Shown piece by piece: positions 12,222 through 24,189 of a stretch of DNA of 64,000 nucleotides. The translations under genes and the position numbers were made by a program. The notes beneath the pieces are model-generated. The model was given only the letters and a program-made list of their open reading frames with translations, ran no database searches and was not told the DNA's origin. Position 1 is the stretch's first letter; every line of letters begins with the position of its first letter. This stretch comes from Macrostomum lignano (taxonomy: Eukaryota), in NCBI GenBank assembly GCA_002269645.1, contig NIVC01000650.1, forward strand, positions 310,126-374,125. The letters are read 5' to 3'.

Positions 12222-12234
12222 GAGACTGCTGCCA
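12222..12234 (-). other. Putative primer-binding site (TGGCAGC..., tRNA-Leu-like)
   Basis: TGGCAGCAGTC begins 4 nt after the 5' LTR. TGG is complementary to the tRNA CCA end. The tRNA identity is an inference. Confidence 0.5.
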
Positions 12235-12238
12235 CAAG

Positions 12239-12452
12239 TGTAAGACCGTGGGTTGAGTTGCAGTGAATAACAAAAACGTGAGGAGACCTCACTGGTTCAC
12301 GCCAATATATATATTGCCAAAGTTGGGGGGGGGGGGGTGTAAAACCAACCCTTATAAGCGCATACACACACACGCCGCAGCGCTAAACCCCAACCCCCAA
12401 ACAAGCCAGACGTGCACATCTAAGTGCTCACGCACCAACAAGCCAGACTACT
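12239..12452 (-). repeat. 5' LTR
   Basis: Direct repeat of 8062-8257. Ends ...TCTTACA on the minus strand. Confidence 0.9.
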
Positions 12453-13786
12453 TGGGGGTAGTCTTATTATTTATACTACCAGCATGAGACGTGGTATGAA
12501 AGGTGAGTGCGCCTGCAGTCGCAGAATATTGGATAGACGCTGCATGAGGATCAGAGGGTAAGATCACCAAAGTATTGAGCCGAACTTAACCAAATCAATA
12601 GCAGTAACTTCTAAATTAGTCCCCATACGATGCGAACCACGAGAGAGCTCTGGGACCAGCACTGATCCCCATCCCCTGCGCTGCATCGAACCTAATCTAC
12701 GTATACTGTAGGAAGGAAATTGCATTAAGATTGATTAAGATATTATTATCCACTCTTGGAATCTTGGGGCTTAGGAGGGAATTATAGTCTAAAACCGCTG
12801 ACCGCTAAAAGATCCCCCTATTGCAAGAGTCTAAAAGGGTTAATCAGGCTAGAACCTTCGTCAGTTACAGTGTACAGATCGGGAGTCCAGTCTCGTTAGC
12901 TATAGTGGGAGTTTTTACCGGGTGTACGATCCTACACAGGTACCTGGTGGCGGCCGCGCCTCTTGGCGTGTATACCTTCAAACAAAACACCGCGCGGGCC
13001 GCTGTCATTTACTGATGGCCGGGGGGATCTTGGCCACAACGTCAGCTTAATACCACATGCAGCATCCAGAGGCGGACAAAGTCCTAGGGGACAAGAGGGC
13101 CTAATGGTTGTACGCGTACCTTTCAGTGCCAGAGTCAATTTGCATGCATGCAGGGGTTTGCGAGATACTAACGTGTTTTGTATTGTACAGTACATAAATA
13201 ACGACCACAAACGGGATTATACATAGCTATACTCAGCTAAAAATCATCAGAGTTCCATCAAAAGCGTATTTTGTTGCATAGGAAATAACGTAACTTTCAT
13301 ACATATTGAAGAATTCCTTCGTAAAAATATTCGCTGGAAAAATCTGCGCTATAAAAACTACATGCACCATCTATTCTACTTTAGCAGCTTCCAGCCATTT
13401 TACTTTGGTAGACCATCCAATGGTTTCAATAATAAATGCATTTTTAGATTGCTTAGTTATCAAAACAGCAACCCTCAGACTCTTGGCAGGCAGAGGTCCA
13501 CTTTATCTTGTTTAAACCAGTGTATGCTTTTGCAGAAATTCAGCGTCAAAGTCAAACTCAGGATAATCACGTATTCATTTCCCGATTGACATTCAGATTC
13601 ACATTCAAATTTTAACAAAGCCGCTGTAACTTTTCTTTACTTAAACGAAACGCTTTAAAATTTTACAAAAACTTTGACGCAATCAAGAAAAAAAACTACG
13701 TAAAATATCTCGGCATTTAAAAATAGACTGTACAAATTATTCACATATAAAGTTTGTTCCTATCTCCTTAGTGTATTATTTACAAT

Positions 13787-14210
13787 GGGTCTCCCTAAAA
13801 CACGCACCGCACCGCCCCGAACCGCTACACATTATAACATTTTTTGTCAATGCAGAATTTGATTTCAAAGAAAACAATTTGTTGTAAGAGTAATGTAATA
13901 AATATCTTTAATTATTATTTTAAATATTATTATTATTTTTTATATTCTCGTCTTCATTACTAAATTATATTATTATTATTTTATTAATATTATTATTAAT
14001 ATCACTTATTAGTCACCGAATTTTATATTTCGAATTCAAAAAACTAAATTTAATAAAAACTTTGAAGCTTAACAGAAAACGCATTTTGAAGTGTCTTCAG
14101 TTATAGTCCAATTTGTTTTAATGTGTAGCGCTGCAGGGCGGTGCGGGGCGTGTTGGGTCGGGTGTGTATAAAAGCTGGCACTGGCACATTGGACACATTG
14201 GACACCCCTT
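13787..14210. mobile_element. MITE-like element with GC-rich inverted arms and an AT-rich core (left tip truncated)
   Basis: AACACGCACCGCACCGCCCCGAACCGCTACACATTA (about 13799) is inverted at 14119-14154. The arm continues to ...GGACACCCCTT at 14210. 13787-13970 is homologous to 22619-22808. Confidence 0.65.
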
Positions 14211-16441
14211 TTTATAACAAAATTAGATATGAAAATGCAGAATAAACTTGCGGAGATACTTTTAAATAATTTAAAAAATTGATAATAATAGAAATGACAT
14301 CCTTGCTTTCGTGATAGATGATTTGTTAAATATTCTTTGTATTATCGTTTTTTGTACATGTTTAATTTGGCATTCGATTTTTTAAAATAATCGCACATGC
14401 AAAAACTGCAGCTTGCAATGCTATTACACTGTGATTTTACTACCCCGAAGGTTCTGTACTACAGGCGTACCGATTTAATGCTAAATATGCCTGATATATG
14501 AAATGATCAAACTAATAGTCAGAACTCAATTTTCCATAAAATGATGCAGCATTCTGCTCTTATCAAAAAACCACAACTTATTTTGTTAGGATTACTTCAT
14601 GAAGAACGAACTTTGGATATTCCAAATTGCAAGTATTTCTATATTAAAAAAGTTAATACATTGGCAGATTATTTGATGAAAAAATTGCACCCAAAAAGTT
14701 TTTTTTACTTTGTAAGATGATGATTAAATTAATAATTTCCAAGCTTCTTCTTTTATTAGTTCAATTACTTTTTGTATGATTTCAACCAACAAAAAAAGGA
14801 ATAGCTACTCAGTGAAAGTTCAAATTACAGTCTCTTCTTTATATACAATCCTTTTAAGAAAACATTATTATGAATAATTTGCCAAGTCATGATATTTAAG
14901 AAATTGTGCTAATCATTTAAATTATGAGTTAAAAAATGCAAGCATATAAGTAAAAAATCTACCTCACAGACCAAGAAGTCTTTTTACTGAAAGTTTATAT
15001 GTGACGCTTTGAAAAAACAACATATAAACCATCTTCACATAACATTTATTGTCATTTATTTCAGACCTAAATCCTTTAGCACATAAATATTCTGCACGTA
15101 TGTTGCAGGGTATACTTCCTTCTTCTAAAATCCTACAAATGCCACAAAGTTTTAATAGGCAAATTTATTCGTATTGTTTATATTAATATTTCTATATTTA
15201 TGAGAAGTTTTCCAATAAGAACAAGTTCCCAATCAGTAAAACACTATATTTTAATTCTAATGTCCAAAATTATGGCATTCTAAGGGACCAAGTGATAGGT
15301 TTTAAGCTACCATTAGCACCTGCATGATTTATTTATTTAATACCTACACATTCCTTAATGTCTATAGTTCGCCTAATTGCCTAATTGCTAACCCTAATTC
15401 TAGCCTTCTTGGCTTACAAGTTTGAGTCTTCACAGCATATTATTCAATTCAAGCCCTACTAATTTTATTAGCATCTCTTAATTTTATAAAATAATAATTT
15501 TCTTTAGTGTAACTGCTCCAAAAATTTCAACTTTAATTTAAGTGGTGTGCCGAAACACCACTTGCACCATTACAGCCGTCTATAATTTTTTGTGCTAATT
15601 GGTTGACCACTTTCAATAATTTTCTTGGGTCAAGAGTGTGATATTTGCATATTGCAGCATGAATTTTTTAAAGAATCCCTAATTTTATATAAGGAATCAA
15701 TATATTTATAGAAAGTTAGCTCTTAGAGTAGAGATAAAGTACATAAGACTATTAATAGCAACTTTTCATACAATTGCTTATGGTAATGATTTCTATTGTT
15801 ATAAAGTTACAAATAAATAAAAAGTTACATTGCATTTAAACTGTACTTTATGAGTTGTAAGCCTTTCAACTCAGAGTGCACTTCAATTGCTTTAATATAC
15901 ATTGCTAGATGTTATTTAGCATTTCTTTGTTATTTATCATTTAACTCATTGCATTGTTTAATTGCTAATTTCATTTGCTCAGCTGCAATATTTATTACTT
16001 TTTTATTAATGCCAATGTTTGTAATACTTTTTCTCCCCATTTTTAGTGTTTGTGGTATTCTTTTGTCAAATTTTAATTTTCCGCTGTATCTATCTTTACA
16101 AAAAATTGTACCTGTAAACTTATGGTTTTTTGCTTACAATGGTACTGTACTAAATTATATTTATTTCCTTGTTAGATTCTCTAAATTGAAAAAGTAATGC
16201 ACTGCTTTATTATCATGCATATTGAATATTAAGGATAGTTAGTATTCCTTCCTTGAAAAAGATTCTAGAGTTGGATTCTATTTGATAAGAGAATAAATAA
16301 TTTATTGAGTTTAAATGTTTTTAAAACATTAATTAATTGCATTTTGATGGAAATCACAACTTAAAAAATTATTCGTTTTTTATTTAAGACACGGGGGATT
16401 TTAAAAATCCATATTAACAGCAAATCAAACATTAACATTAT

Positions 16442-16469
16442 GGGAGAGAGAGAGAGAGAGAGAGAGAGA
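16442..16469. repeat. (GA)n microsatellite
   Basis: Read directly. Confidence 0.9.
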
Positions 16470-17244
16470 AGGATTAGATTCACTTTCACCATTGCTGTTG
16501 ATTTATGGAAAGGCAGTAAACAAGCCAGAGCAGCTGCAAATAGTCAAATATGCCATGTCCGGCAATAAAATTCTGCAACTAGTCTGCTGCTCACTTTTTC
16601 CAACGTTTATTGAGGACAAGAAACGGCATTTAATGTTTCTATGTTTTCTGTAAGTGCACCAACTAGGTAAATGAAAATGACGTACCGAAAGTAGTTCGAC
16701 AATAAAGCAAGATAAGAAATGAATTTAAATGTAGAATAAAACTTGTTGATACTACCAATCTCATGGTTGTTAGAAGTATACTAGCTAAAGTTTTGCCCCC
16801 CTTCGGGGAGCAGAAATAATTAATATTCGTCTAATATAATATACCTTTTAGCAGGAGTACTTTAAGTGTCTTTCTTAAGCTTAAGCTTAAAATAGGAATT
16901 TTTGGAGATCGTTAATAACGCATTTTAGGTAAAACAAAACTATCAACTTTTTACAGTTTTTTAGTTTAGAGCCCTGTATATGTCAACGTGTTTGATAAAA
17001 ATTATTTTTATCATTTTTGATAAAAAATGGCCTTCGGGTGGCCAATAAGCAAGGGACGAATCCTTTTAAATGAAAAAAAATTCTTAGGGAGGGGGGCTAG
17101 GAATCGAATTCTCATTTTAATTCCAGGCTTATGTACCAATAAAACATGTTTGTGCAGAATTTTATAACAGACATTGAAATTCAACCATACTTGCCTTCTT
17201 TCAGAGCTACTTCTACCAGTATGCTTCAGTACGCTACCAGTACC

Positions 17245-18180
17245 CTTGTAAGCCTTGACATGTCAGCAATCCCCCCACAAGCCTTAACATATCAACTCCC
17301 CCTTGACATCTCAGCAATGCTCCCACAAGCCTTGAAATCTTAAAAAATCTGTCTATTTTCTAACCCTAACCCTAACCCTAACCCTAACCCTAAAGCATTG
17401 AAATTTCAGTAATTCTCTCTAAGAGTCTATAGCACTACTACAGCATTATAGCGATTCCCTGCAAGCCTCGACATCGTAGGGATTCCCAAATGAATCTCTT
17501 AACTTTGACATGAAGCTTCTTTTTTTTTTACATTACGCTTTTTCTATCAGCGATCCCTCCCGTGAGGAGCCAACAAATAATGTAATAACTTTTTTCCAAT
17601 AAACTACATGTAGCTTCTGACATTAGCCTTGACATCTCATTTATTCCCCCGTGAGCCTTGACATCTCAGCTATAGATAGATAGATAGATTCCCCTCGTAA
17701 GCCTTGACATGTCAGCGATGCCCCCCATAAACCTTGAAATCTAAAAAATCCCCTGTTAACCTTGAAACGCGCTAAAATCTAACCCTCAACCCAAACCTGA
17801 CGTAAACCTAACTTTCACCCAACCTAAAGCCTTGAAATCACAGCAATTCTTCTTCCCTAAGCCTTGGCATTTAAGTGATTCCTTCTTTAAGAATCACAGC
17901 ACTATAACGATTCCCTCCAAGCTTTGACATCGTAGCAATTCCCAAATGAATCTTTTAACTTTGACATGACTTTTATTTTATGTATACATAGTGCTCCTTT
18001 TATTTTTACATGACTCTTCTTCTATCAGCGCCCCCCCCCACCGTGGCAAGCCAACAAAGAATGCAATAAAAAACTTAAGTAAAGTACATGTACTTTGAAG
18101 TAGCTTCTGACTTTTGCTTTAACATCTCAGAAACCCCCCTGTAATCTCAGTTATTCTCTGTGAGCCTTGACGTCTCAGTA
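17245..18180. repeat. Diverged tandem duplication of an about 450-bp unit built from GCCTTGACATCTCAGC-like subrepeats
   Basis: GTAAGCCTTGACATGTCAGC at about 17248 and 17697, followed by collinear motifs (TTGACATCGTAG, TTCCCAAATGAATC, TTCTATCAGCG, GCCAACAAA, GTAGCTTCTGAC). Confidence 0.75.
17360..17393 (-). repeat. Interstitial telomeric repeat (TTAGGG)5-6
   Basis: CTAACC x5 plus CTAA read directly. Confidence 0.9.
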
Positions 18181-18359
18181 ATTCTCCCCAGCACAGCACT
18201 GTACTATAGCTTCATTTAATTTTTATATGACATTTCTTTCATGTCTGACATGACGCTTCTTTTGATTTTTACGTTACGCTTCTTTTATTCTTCCATGATG
18301 CTTCTTAATTTTTTAAATGACACACTTTCATTAGTTTTTATATGAGGCTTCTATAATTT

Positions 18360-19055
18360 TTTCATGACGCTTCTATGATTTTTACATGACGCTTCTATGA
18401 TTTTTACATGACGCTTCTATGATTTTTTACATGACGCTTCTATGATTGTTTACATGACGCTTCTATGATTGTATACATGACGCTTCTATGATTGTTTACA
18501 TGACGCTTTTATGATTGTTTACATGACGCTTCTATGATTTTTACATGACGCTTCTATGATTTTTACATGACGCTTCTATGATTGTTTACATGACGCTTCT
18601 ATGATTGTTTACATGACGCTTCTATGATTTTAACATGACGCTTCTATGATTTTTTTACATGACGCTTCTATGATTGTTTACATGACGCTTGTATGATTGT
18701 TTACATGACGCTTGTATGATTTTAACATGACGCTTCTATGATTGTTTACATTACGCTTCTATGATTGCTTGCATGACGCTTCTATGATTTTTTATGACGC
18801 TTTTATGATTTTAACATGACGCTTCTATGATTTTTTTACATGACGCTTCTATGATTGTTTACATGACGCTTGTATGATTGTTTACATGACGCTTTTATGA
18901 TTTTAACATGACGCTTCTATGATTGTTTACATTACGCTTCTATGATTTTTACATGACGCTTCTATGATTTTTACATGACGCTTCTATGATTGTTTACATG
19001 ACGCTTCTATGATTGTTTACATGACGCTTGTATGATTGTTTACATGACGCTTCCA
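18360..19055. repeat. 22-23-bp minisatellite
   Basis: Unit TTTACATGACGCTTCTATGATT(G), about 30 copies. Confidence 0.95.
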
Positions 19056-19113
19056 TAATTTTTTTTGTCTTGGCGTTAAAAGGCTTTAATTAAAAAAACT
19101 CTACTCTCTAAAA

Positions 19114-19174
19114 ATTCGAACCATCGTCCCTGCATTTAGCAGTTTAGTCTGTTTACCTCTAGGCTAGCTCTCAT
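19114..19174 (-). mobile_element. tRNA-derived Pol III head (SINE-like), copy A
   Basis: Minus strand GAGAGCTAGCCTAGAGGTAAACAGACTAAACTGCTAAATGCAGGGACGATGGTTCGAAT: A-box-like TAGCCTAGAGG and B-box-like GGTTCGAAT. Homologous to 21868-21928. Confidence 0.6.
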
Positions 19175-19214
19175 GAATTTTAGTCATTACCCCTAAATAG
19201 AAAATATTCCCAAG

Positions 19215-19415
19215 ACAGCAAGCATCCCCCAGTAGCAAGCATCCCCTAATACTCCTAGCAAGCATCCACCCAGATAGCAAGCATCTGCAGATAGCAAGCA
19301 TCTTGCAGATAGCAAGCATCTTGCAGATAGCAAGCATACCCCAAATAATGTAGAAGCATCCTTCCAGATAGCAAGCATCCTGCACATAGCAAGAATCCCT
19401 AAATAGCAAGCATCC
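19215..19415. repeat. 18-bp minisatellite
   Basis: Unit GATAGCAAGCATCTTGCA and variants. Confidence 0.9.
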
Positions 19416-19457
19416 CTGGATAGAAATAATCCTATACATGTAGCCAAGCTTATCAAG

Positions 19458-21790
19458 CGCAGTAATCCTTGGCTATCGAGTGCAGTAATCCTTGGTTTAT
19501 TAATAGCAATAATCCATGGCTTATCGAGTGCAGTAATCCTTGGTTTATTAATAGCAATAATCCTTGGCTTATCGAGTGCAGTAATTCATGGTTTATTAAT
19601 AGCAATAATCCTTGGCTTATCGAGTGCAGTAATCCTTGGTTTATTAATAGCAATAATCCATGCCTTATCGAGTGCAGTAATCCTTGGTTTATTAATAGCA
19701 ATAATCCTTGGCTTATCGAGTGCAGTAATTCATGGTTTATTAATAGCAATAATCCATGGCTTATCGAGTGCAGTAATCCTTGGTTTGCCAAGAGCAATAG
19801 TCCTTGGCTTATCGAGTGCAGTAATCCTTGGTTTGCCAAGAGCAATAGTCCTTGGTTTATTGAGTGCAGTAATCCTTGGTTTATTAATAGCAATAGTCCT
19901 TGGTTTATTGAGTGCAGTAATCCTTGGTTTATTAATAGCAATAATCCTTGGCTTATCGAGTGCAGTAATCCTTGGTTTGCCAAGTGCATAATCCTTGGTT
20001 TATCGAGTGCAGTAATCCTTGGTTTATTAATAGCAATAATCCTTGGCTTATCGAGTGCAGTAATCCTTGGTTTATTAATAGCAATAATCCATGGCTTATC
20101 GAGTGCAGTAATCCTTGGTTTGCCAAGAGCAATAGTCCTTGGCTTATCGAGTGCAGTAATCCTTGGTTTGCCAAGAGCAATAGTCCTTGGTTTATTGAGT
20201 GCAGTAATCCTTGGTTTATTAATAGCAATAATCCTTGGCTTATCGAGTGCAGTAATCCTTGGTTTGCCAAGAGCAATAGTCCTTGGTTTTTTGAGTGCAG
20301 TAATCCTTGGTTTATTAATAGCAATAATCCTTGGCTTATCGAGTGCAGTAATTCATGGTTTATTAATAGCAATAATCCTTGGCTTATCGATTGCAGTAAT
20401 CCTTGGTTTGCCAAGTGCATAATCCTTGGTTTATTAATAGCAATAATCCTTGGTTTATCGAGTGCAGTAATCCTTAGTTTATTAATAGCAATAATCCTTG
20501 GCTTATCGAGTGCAGTAATCCTTGGTTTATTAATAGCAATAATCCATGGCTTATCGAGTGCAGTAATCCTTGGTTTGCCAAGAGCAATAGTCCTTGGCTT
20601 ATCGAGTGCAGTAATCCTTGGTTTGCCAAGAGCAATAGTCCTTGGTTTATTGAGTGCAGTAATCCTTGGTTTATTAATAGCAATAGTCCTTGGCTTATCG
20701 AGTGCAGTAATCCTTGGTTTATTAATAGCAATAATCCTTGGTTTATCGAGTGCAGTAATCCTTGGTTTATTAATTGCAATAATCCTTGGCTTATCGAGTG
20801 CAGTAATCCTTGGTTTATTAATAGCAATAATCCATGGCTTATGAGTGCAGTAATCCTTGGTTTATTAATAGCAATAATCCTTGGCTTATCGAGTGCAGTA
20901 ATCCTTGGTTTGCCAAGAGCAATAGTCCTTGGCTTATCGAGTGCAGTAATCCTTGGTTTGCCAAGAGCAATAGTCCTTGGTTTATTGAGTGCAGTAATCC
21001 TTGGTTTATTAATAGCAATAATCCTTGGCTTATCGAGTGCAGTAATCCTTGGTTTGCCAAGAGCAATAGTCCTTGGTTTTTTGAGTGCAGTAATCCTTGG
21101 TTTATTAATAGCAATAGTCCTTGGTTTATTGAGTGCAGTAATGCTTGGTTTATTAATAGCAATAATCCTTGGCTTATCGATTGCAGTAATCCTTGGTTTG
21201 CCAAGTGCATAATCCTTGGTTTATTAATAGCAATAATCCTTGGTTTATCGAGTGCAGTAATCCTTAGTTTATTAATAGCAATAATCCTTGGCTTATCGAG
21301 TGCAGTAATCCTTGGTTTATTAATAGCAATAATCCATGGCTTATCGAGTGCAGTAATCCTTGGTTTGCCAAGAGCAATAGTCCTTGGCTTATCGAGTGCA
21401 GTAATCCTTGGTTTGCCAAGAGCAATAGTCCTTGGTTTATTGAGTGCAGTAATCCTTGGTTTATTAATAGCAATAGTCCTTGGCTTATCGAGTGCAGTAA
21501 TCCTTGGTTTATTAATAGCAATAATCCTTGGTTTATCGAGTGCAGTAATCCTTGGTTTATTAATTGCAATAATCCTTGGCTTATCGAGTGCAGTAATCCT
21601 TGGTTTATTAATAGCAATAATCCATGGCTTATGAGTGCAGTAATCCTTGGTTTATTAATAGCAATAATCCTTGGCTTATCGAGTGCAGTAATCCTTGGTT
21701 TGCCAAGAGCAATAATCCTTGGCTTATCGAGTGCAGTATTCCTTGGTTTGCCAAGAGCAATAATCCTTAGCTTATCGAGTGCAGTAATCT
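19458..21790. repeat. 2.3-kb satellite of 24-bp monomers in 48-bp dimers, with a 790-bp higher-order duplication
   Basis: AGTGCAGTAATCCTTGGTTTATTA / ATAGCAATAATCCTTGGCTTATCG alternate. Rare variants recur at exactly +790 (20281/21071, 20412/21202, 20471/21261, 20841/21631). Confidence 0.95.
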
Positions 21791-21867
21791 AAGTGTTTTT
21801 ATTTAGTCCTTTAATAAAAGCTTTTAATAAAAAATTTTACACTACTACTTTTAAACTACTTAGATTA

Positions 21868-21928
21868 GATTCGAACCCAGGTCGCTGCATTAGCAGTCTG
21901 GTCTGCTCAGCTCTAGGCTAGCTCTCAT
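21868..21928 (-). mobile_element. tRNA-derived Pol III head (SINE-like), copy B
   Basis: Minus strand GAGAGCTAGCCTAGAGCTGAGCAGACCAGACTGCTAATGCAGCGACCTGGGTTCGAATC: A box, GACTGCTAAT (resembles the tRNA-Ser-GCT anticodon loop) and B box GGGTTCGAATC. Confidence 0.65.
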
Positions 21929-22299
21929 CGAAGTTATCAGTGAATTTGTACCACTTATATAATTAATTCAACACTCACACCAAGTCAGGTAGAGTAAAAA
22001 GTCACGCGAAGCAGTTATGACATAATCAATTTCTTAGGCAAGTCAGTACCAGTGTCTATGAAAGTTAACAATATGGTTACGTAATATAAATTCAGTACTG
22101 CACTATACTTTCACCCTCAAAGCTGTGACGCAATTCAATTGAGTGTCAAATTCAGCCAGTACACAGACGATAAATAAAGTGTATTGTGATGCAATCTATT
22201 TCAGAATCAGAATTCAACCAGTCAGATTTTTCTCTAGCATTCTTACAATGCATTTCAGGTCGAAAGAGCTGCTTGACCTTTGCAAAAAATCATGTTTTT

Positions 22300-22468
22300 C
22301 GAATATTTAATCCCTTTAACATTGAGCAATTTCTTAGCCAATATGCATGTACCGTCCCGGGAAAATTTCTGATCGAATGGTGCAAGTTTGAAGAAAATCG
22401 GTTGAGCCGTTCGGGAGAAAATCAATTACAAGCAAGCAACCAAGCATTTCATTTTTAGTATATTAGAT
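22300..22468 (+). mobile_element. Possible 3' end of a non-autonomous Helitron/Helentron (HINE, DINE-1-like)
   Basis: CAAGTTTGAAGAAAATCGGTTGAGCCGTTCGGGAG, then a (CAAG)n-like stretch and ...TTTTAGTATATTAGAT, resembling the usual invertebrate HINE terminus. Recognised from memory, not aligned. Confidence 0.45.
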
Positions 22469-22568
22469 GAAAAAGTGCAATTATAAATAAATATTTACAT
22501 TTTTATTCGAAAGCCAAAGTATATTTATTCAAGCAAAACAACGATCAAAACTCGATTTTTGTTAACAT

Positions 22569-22808
22569 AAGGGGTATCCAATGTGCCAATGGTGCCCTGC
22601 TTTTATACAGACCCTGTTGGGTCTCCCTAAACCCTAAAACACGCACCGCACCGCCCCGACCGCTACACATTATAACATTTTTGTCAATGCAGTATTTTGA
22701 TTGCAAAGAAAACTATTGGTTGTAAGAGTAACATAATAATTAACTTTAATTATTACGTTAAAAATTATTATTATTTTTCATATTCTCGTTTGCATTATTA
22801 AATTATAT
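22569..22808. mobile_element. Left half of the MITE family seen at 13787-14210
   Basis: Starts AAGGGGTATCCAATGTGCC (matches the reverse complement of 14180-14210) and continues collinear with 13787-13970. Confidence 0.65.
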
Positions 22809-24189
22809 CACCCGTGTCAGCAGTTTATACGCGAATTCAGCACAATTTTAGGTACGATAAACATGCATATCCTGCATGCTGGTTGCCTTTACTGCATGCT
22901 GGATACTCGTACATATTGCCTGCACAATGACAAACAAACTAGTACCGTCAAAATTCAATATTGTAGCCTAATCACAACTGAATAGTATTGCTTTCTATTC
23001 GTTTATAAAAAAAACGGGAGTTACATACATTTCACTGTACAGAGTTAGTTATTCCTAAAGCAACTTTCGATACATCATCAATTTTGAATATGCTTAATTT
23101 TGAGTACAAGTGCCAGCAGCAGGCTTGTTTAAGCTGACTGCGACTGCGATCCCTAAAATACAGATATGGATATTAGATATGACTTAGGGGCCTAGCCTAG
23201 ATAGATGGATTGTCAGAATATCATTAAAATATATCATATCATCATCGTTAGGCCTACTACCTGGTTCTGCCACACTGACTAGACTAGACTAGACCTATTC
23301 TATTGGTTTCATTTCAGATTGGGATCTAGAAAATTTGGAATGGGGTGATTGCAGATTACTAAGGTACTTTGATTTTTTATTTGATAGGCCTAATTTACAA
23401 CCTATTTAACAGTTGGCATAGGGGCCTAGGCCTAGAAAAATTAAAATCAAACTTGATGGGGTTGGGAAGCACATTGATCATTAAATATAGGCCTACCAAA
23501 TAAATCAAGTTTTAATGCATGGAGCATGGGGATAATAATAAGCTTTTAATATCAAAGCATTTTATTTTTTAAAACCAAACAAAAATTAAATGGTTAATTT
23601 CTAGCATAAAAAAGTCCATTAGGCCAGGCCTACATTTATGAAATAAGAATGTTTCGACTATATTCTCATTTTTGTTATTTAAATTTTGTTTTTGCCCCAA
23701 AATTATTGTGGCCATAATCATAGATATTTTGTATCTAGACTTTTCTTTCCTGCAAACATTTATTTTATCAAAGTCTAGGCCTAGTATAGCTAGGCCTATA
23801 CAAGGTTATATTATTATTTAATTATGATATATCTATATATTTATATAGCATTAGGTAAGATTATGTTATTTAACCATTTTCATATTATAGTTCTAAAAAA
23901 TTATAAAATTTAATGGTTACTTATAATATAAATCTATGTTTATATGCTAGTTTTGTTAATTAATATTTGTTGCCTTGGATTGGTAATTAAAATTGTTTAA
24001 ATAATCTATGACCAAATTGGCTTAGGGATAAAATAGTCTATAGGTTTTAGACTATTTTAGGTTTTAGTTTTAAATGCAAAATTTCCATAGCTAACATAGC
24101 TTAAGTGAATAATGACTAGTTATTTTTTAATAGGTTTGCTAATTTGCTTTGTTTTTTTACCCAAGAAACAATTTTTTTAGATGCAGAAT

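Larger units (their letters stand above)
8062..12452 (-). mobile_element. Ty3/Gypsy LTR retrotransposon, decayed and internally deleted
   Basis: Two LTRs, a PPT and a putative PBS. Domain order on the minus strand is gag - CCHC knuckle - protease (LLDTGA) - RT (YIDD) - RNase H - integrase - GPY/F, which is the Gypsy order. Many frameshifts and stops. Confidence 0.95.

Noticed and set aside
14581-14720. YIKKVNTLADYL resembling the end of retroelement RNase H
   Set aside because: A single short motif in AT-rich DNA with no flanking RT or RNase H motifs.
17360-17393. True chromosome end
   Set aside because: Only about 5.5 hexamers with unique sequence on both sides.
21868-21928. Functional tRNA gene
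   Set aside because: The acceptor stem does not close after the B box and the D and anticodon stems do not pair; treated as a tRNA-derived head.
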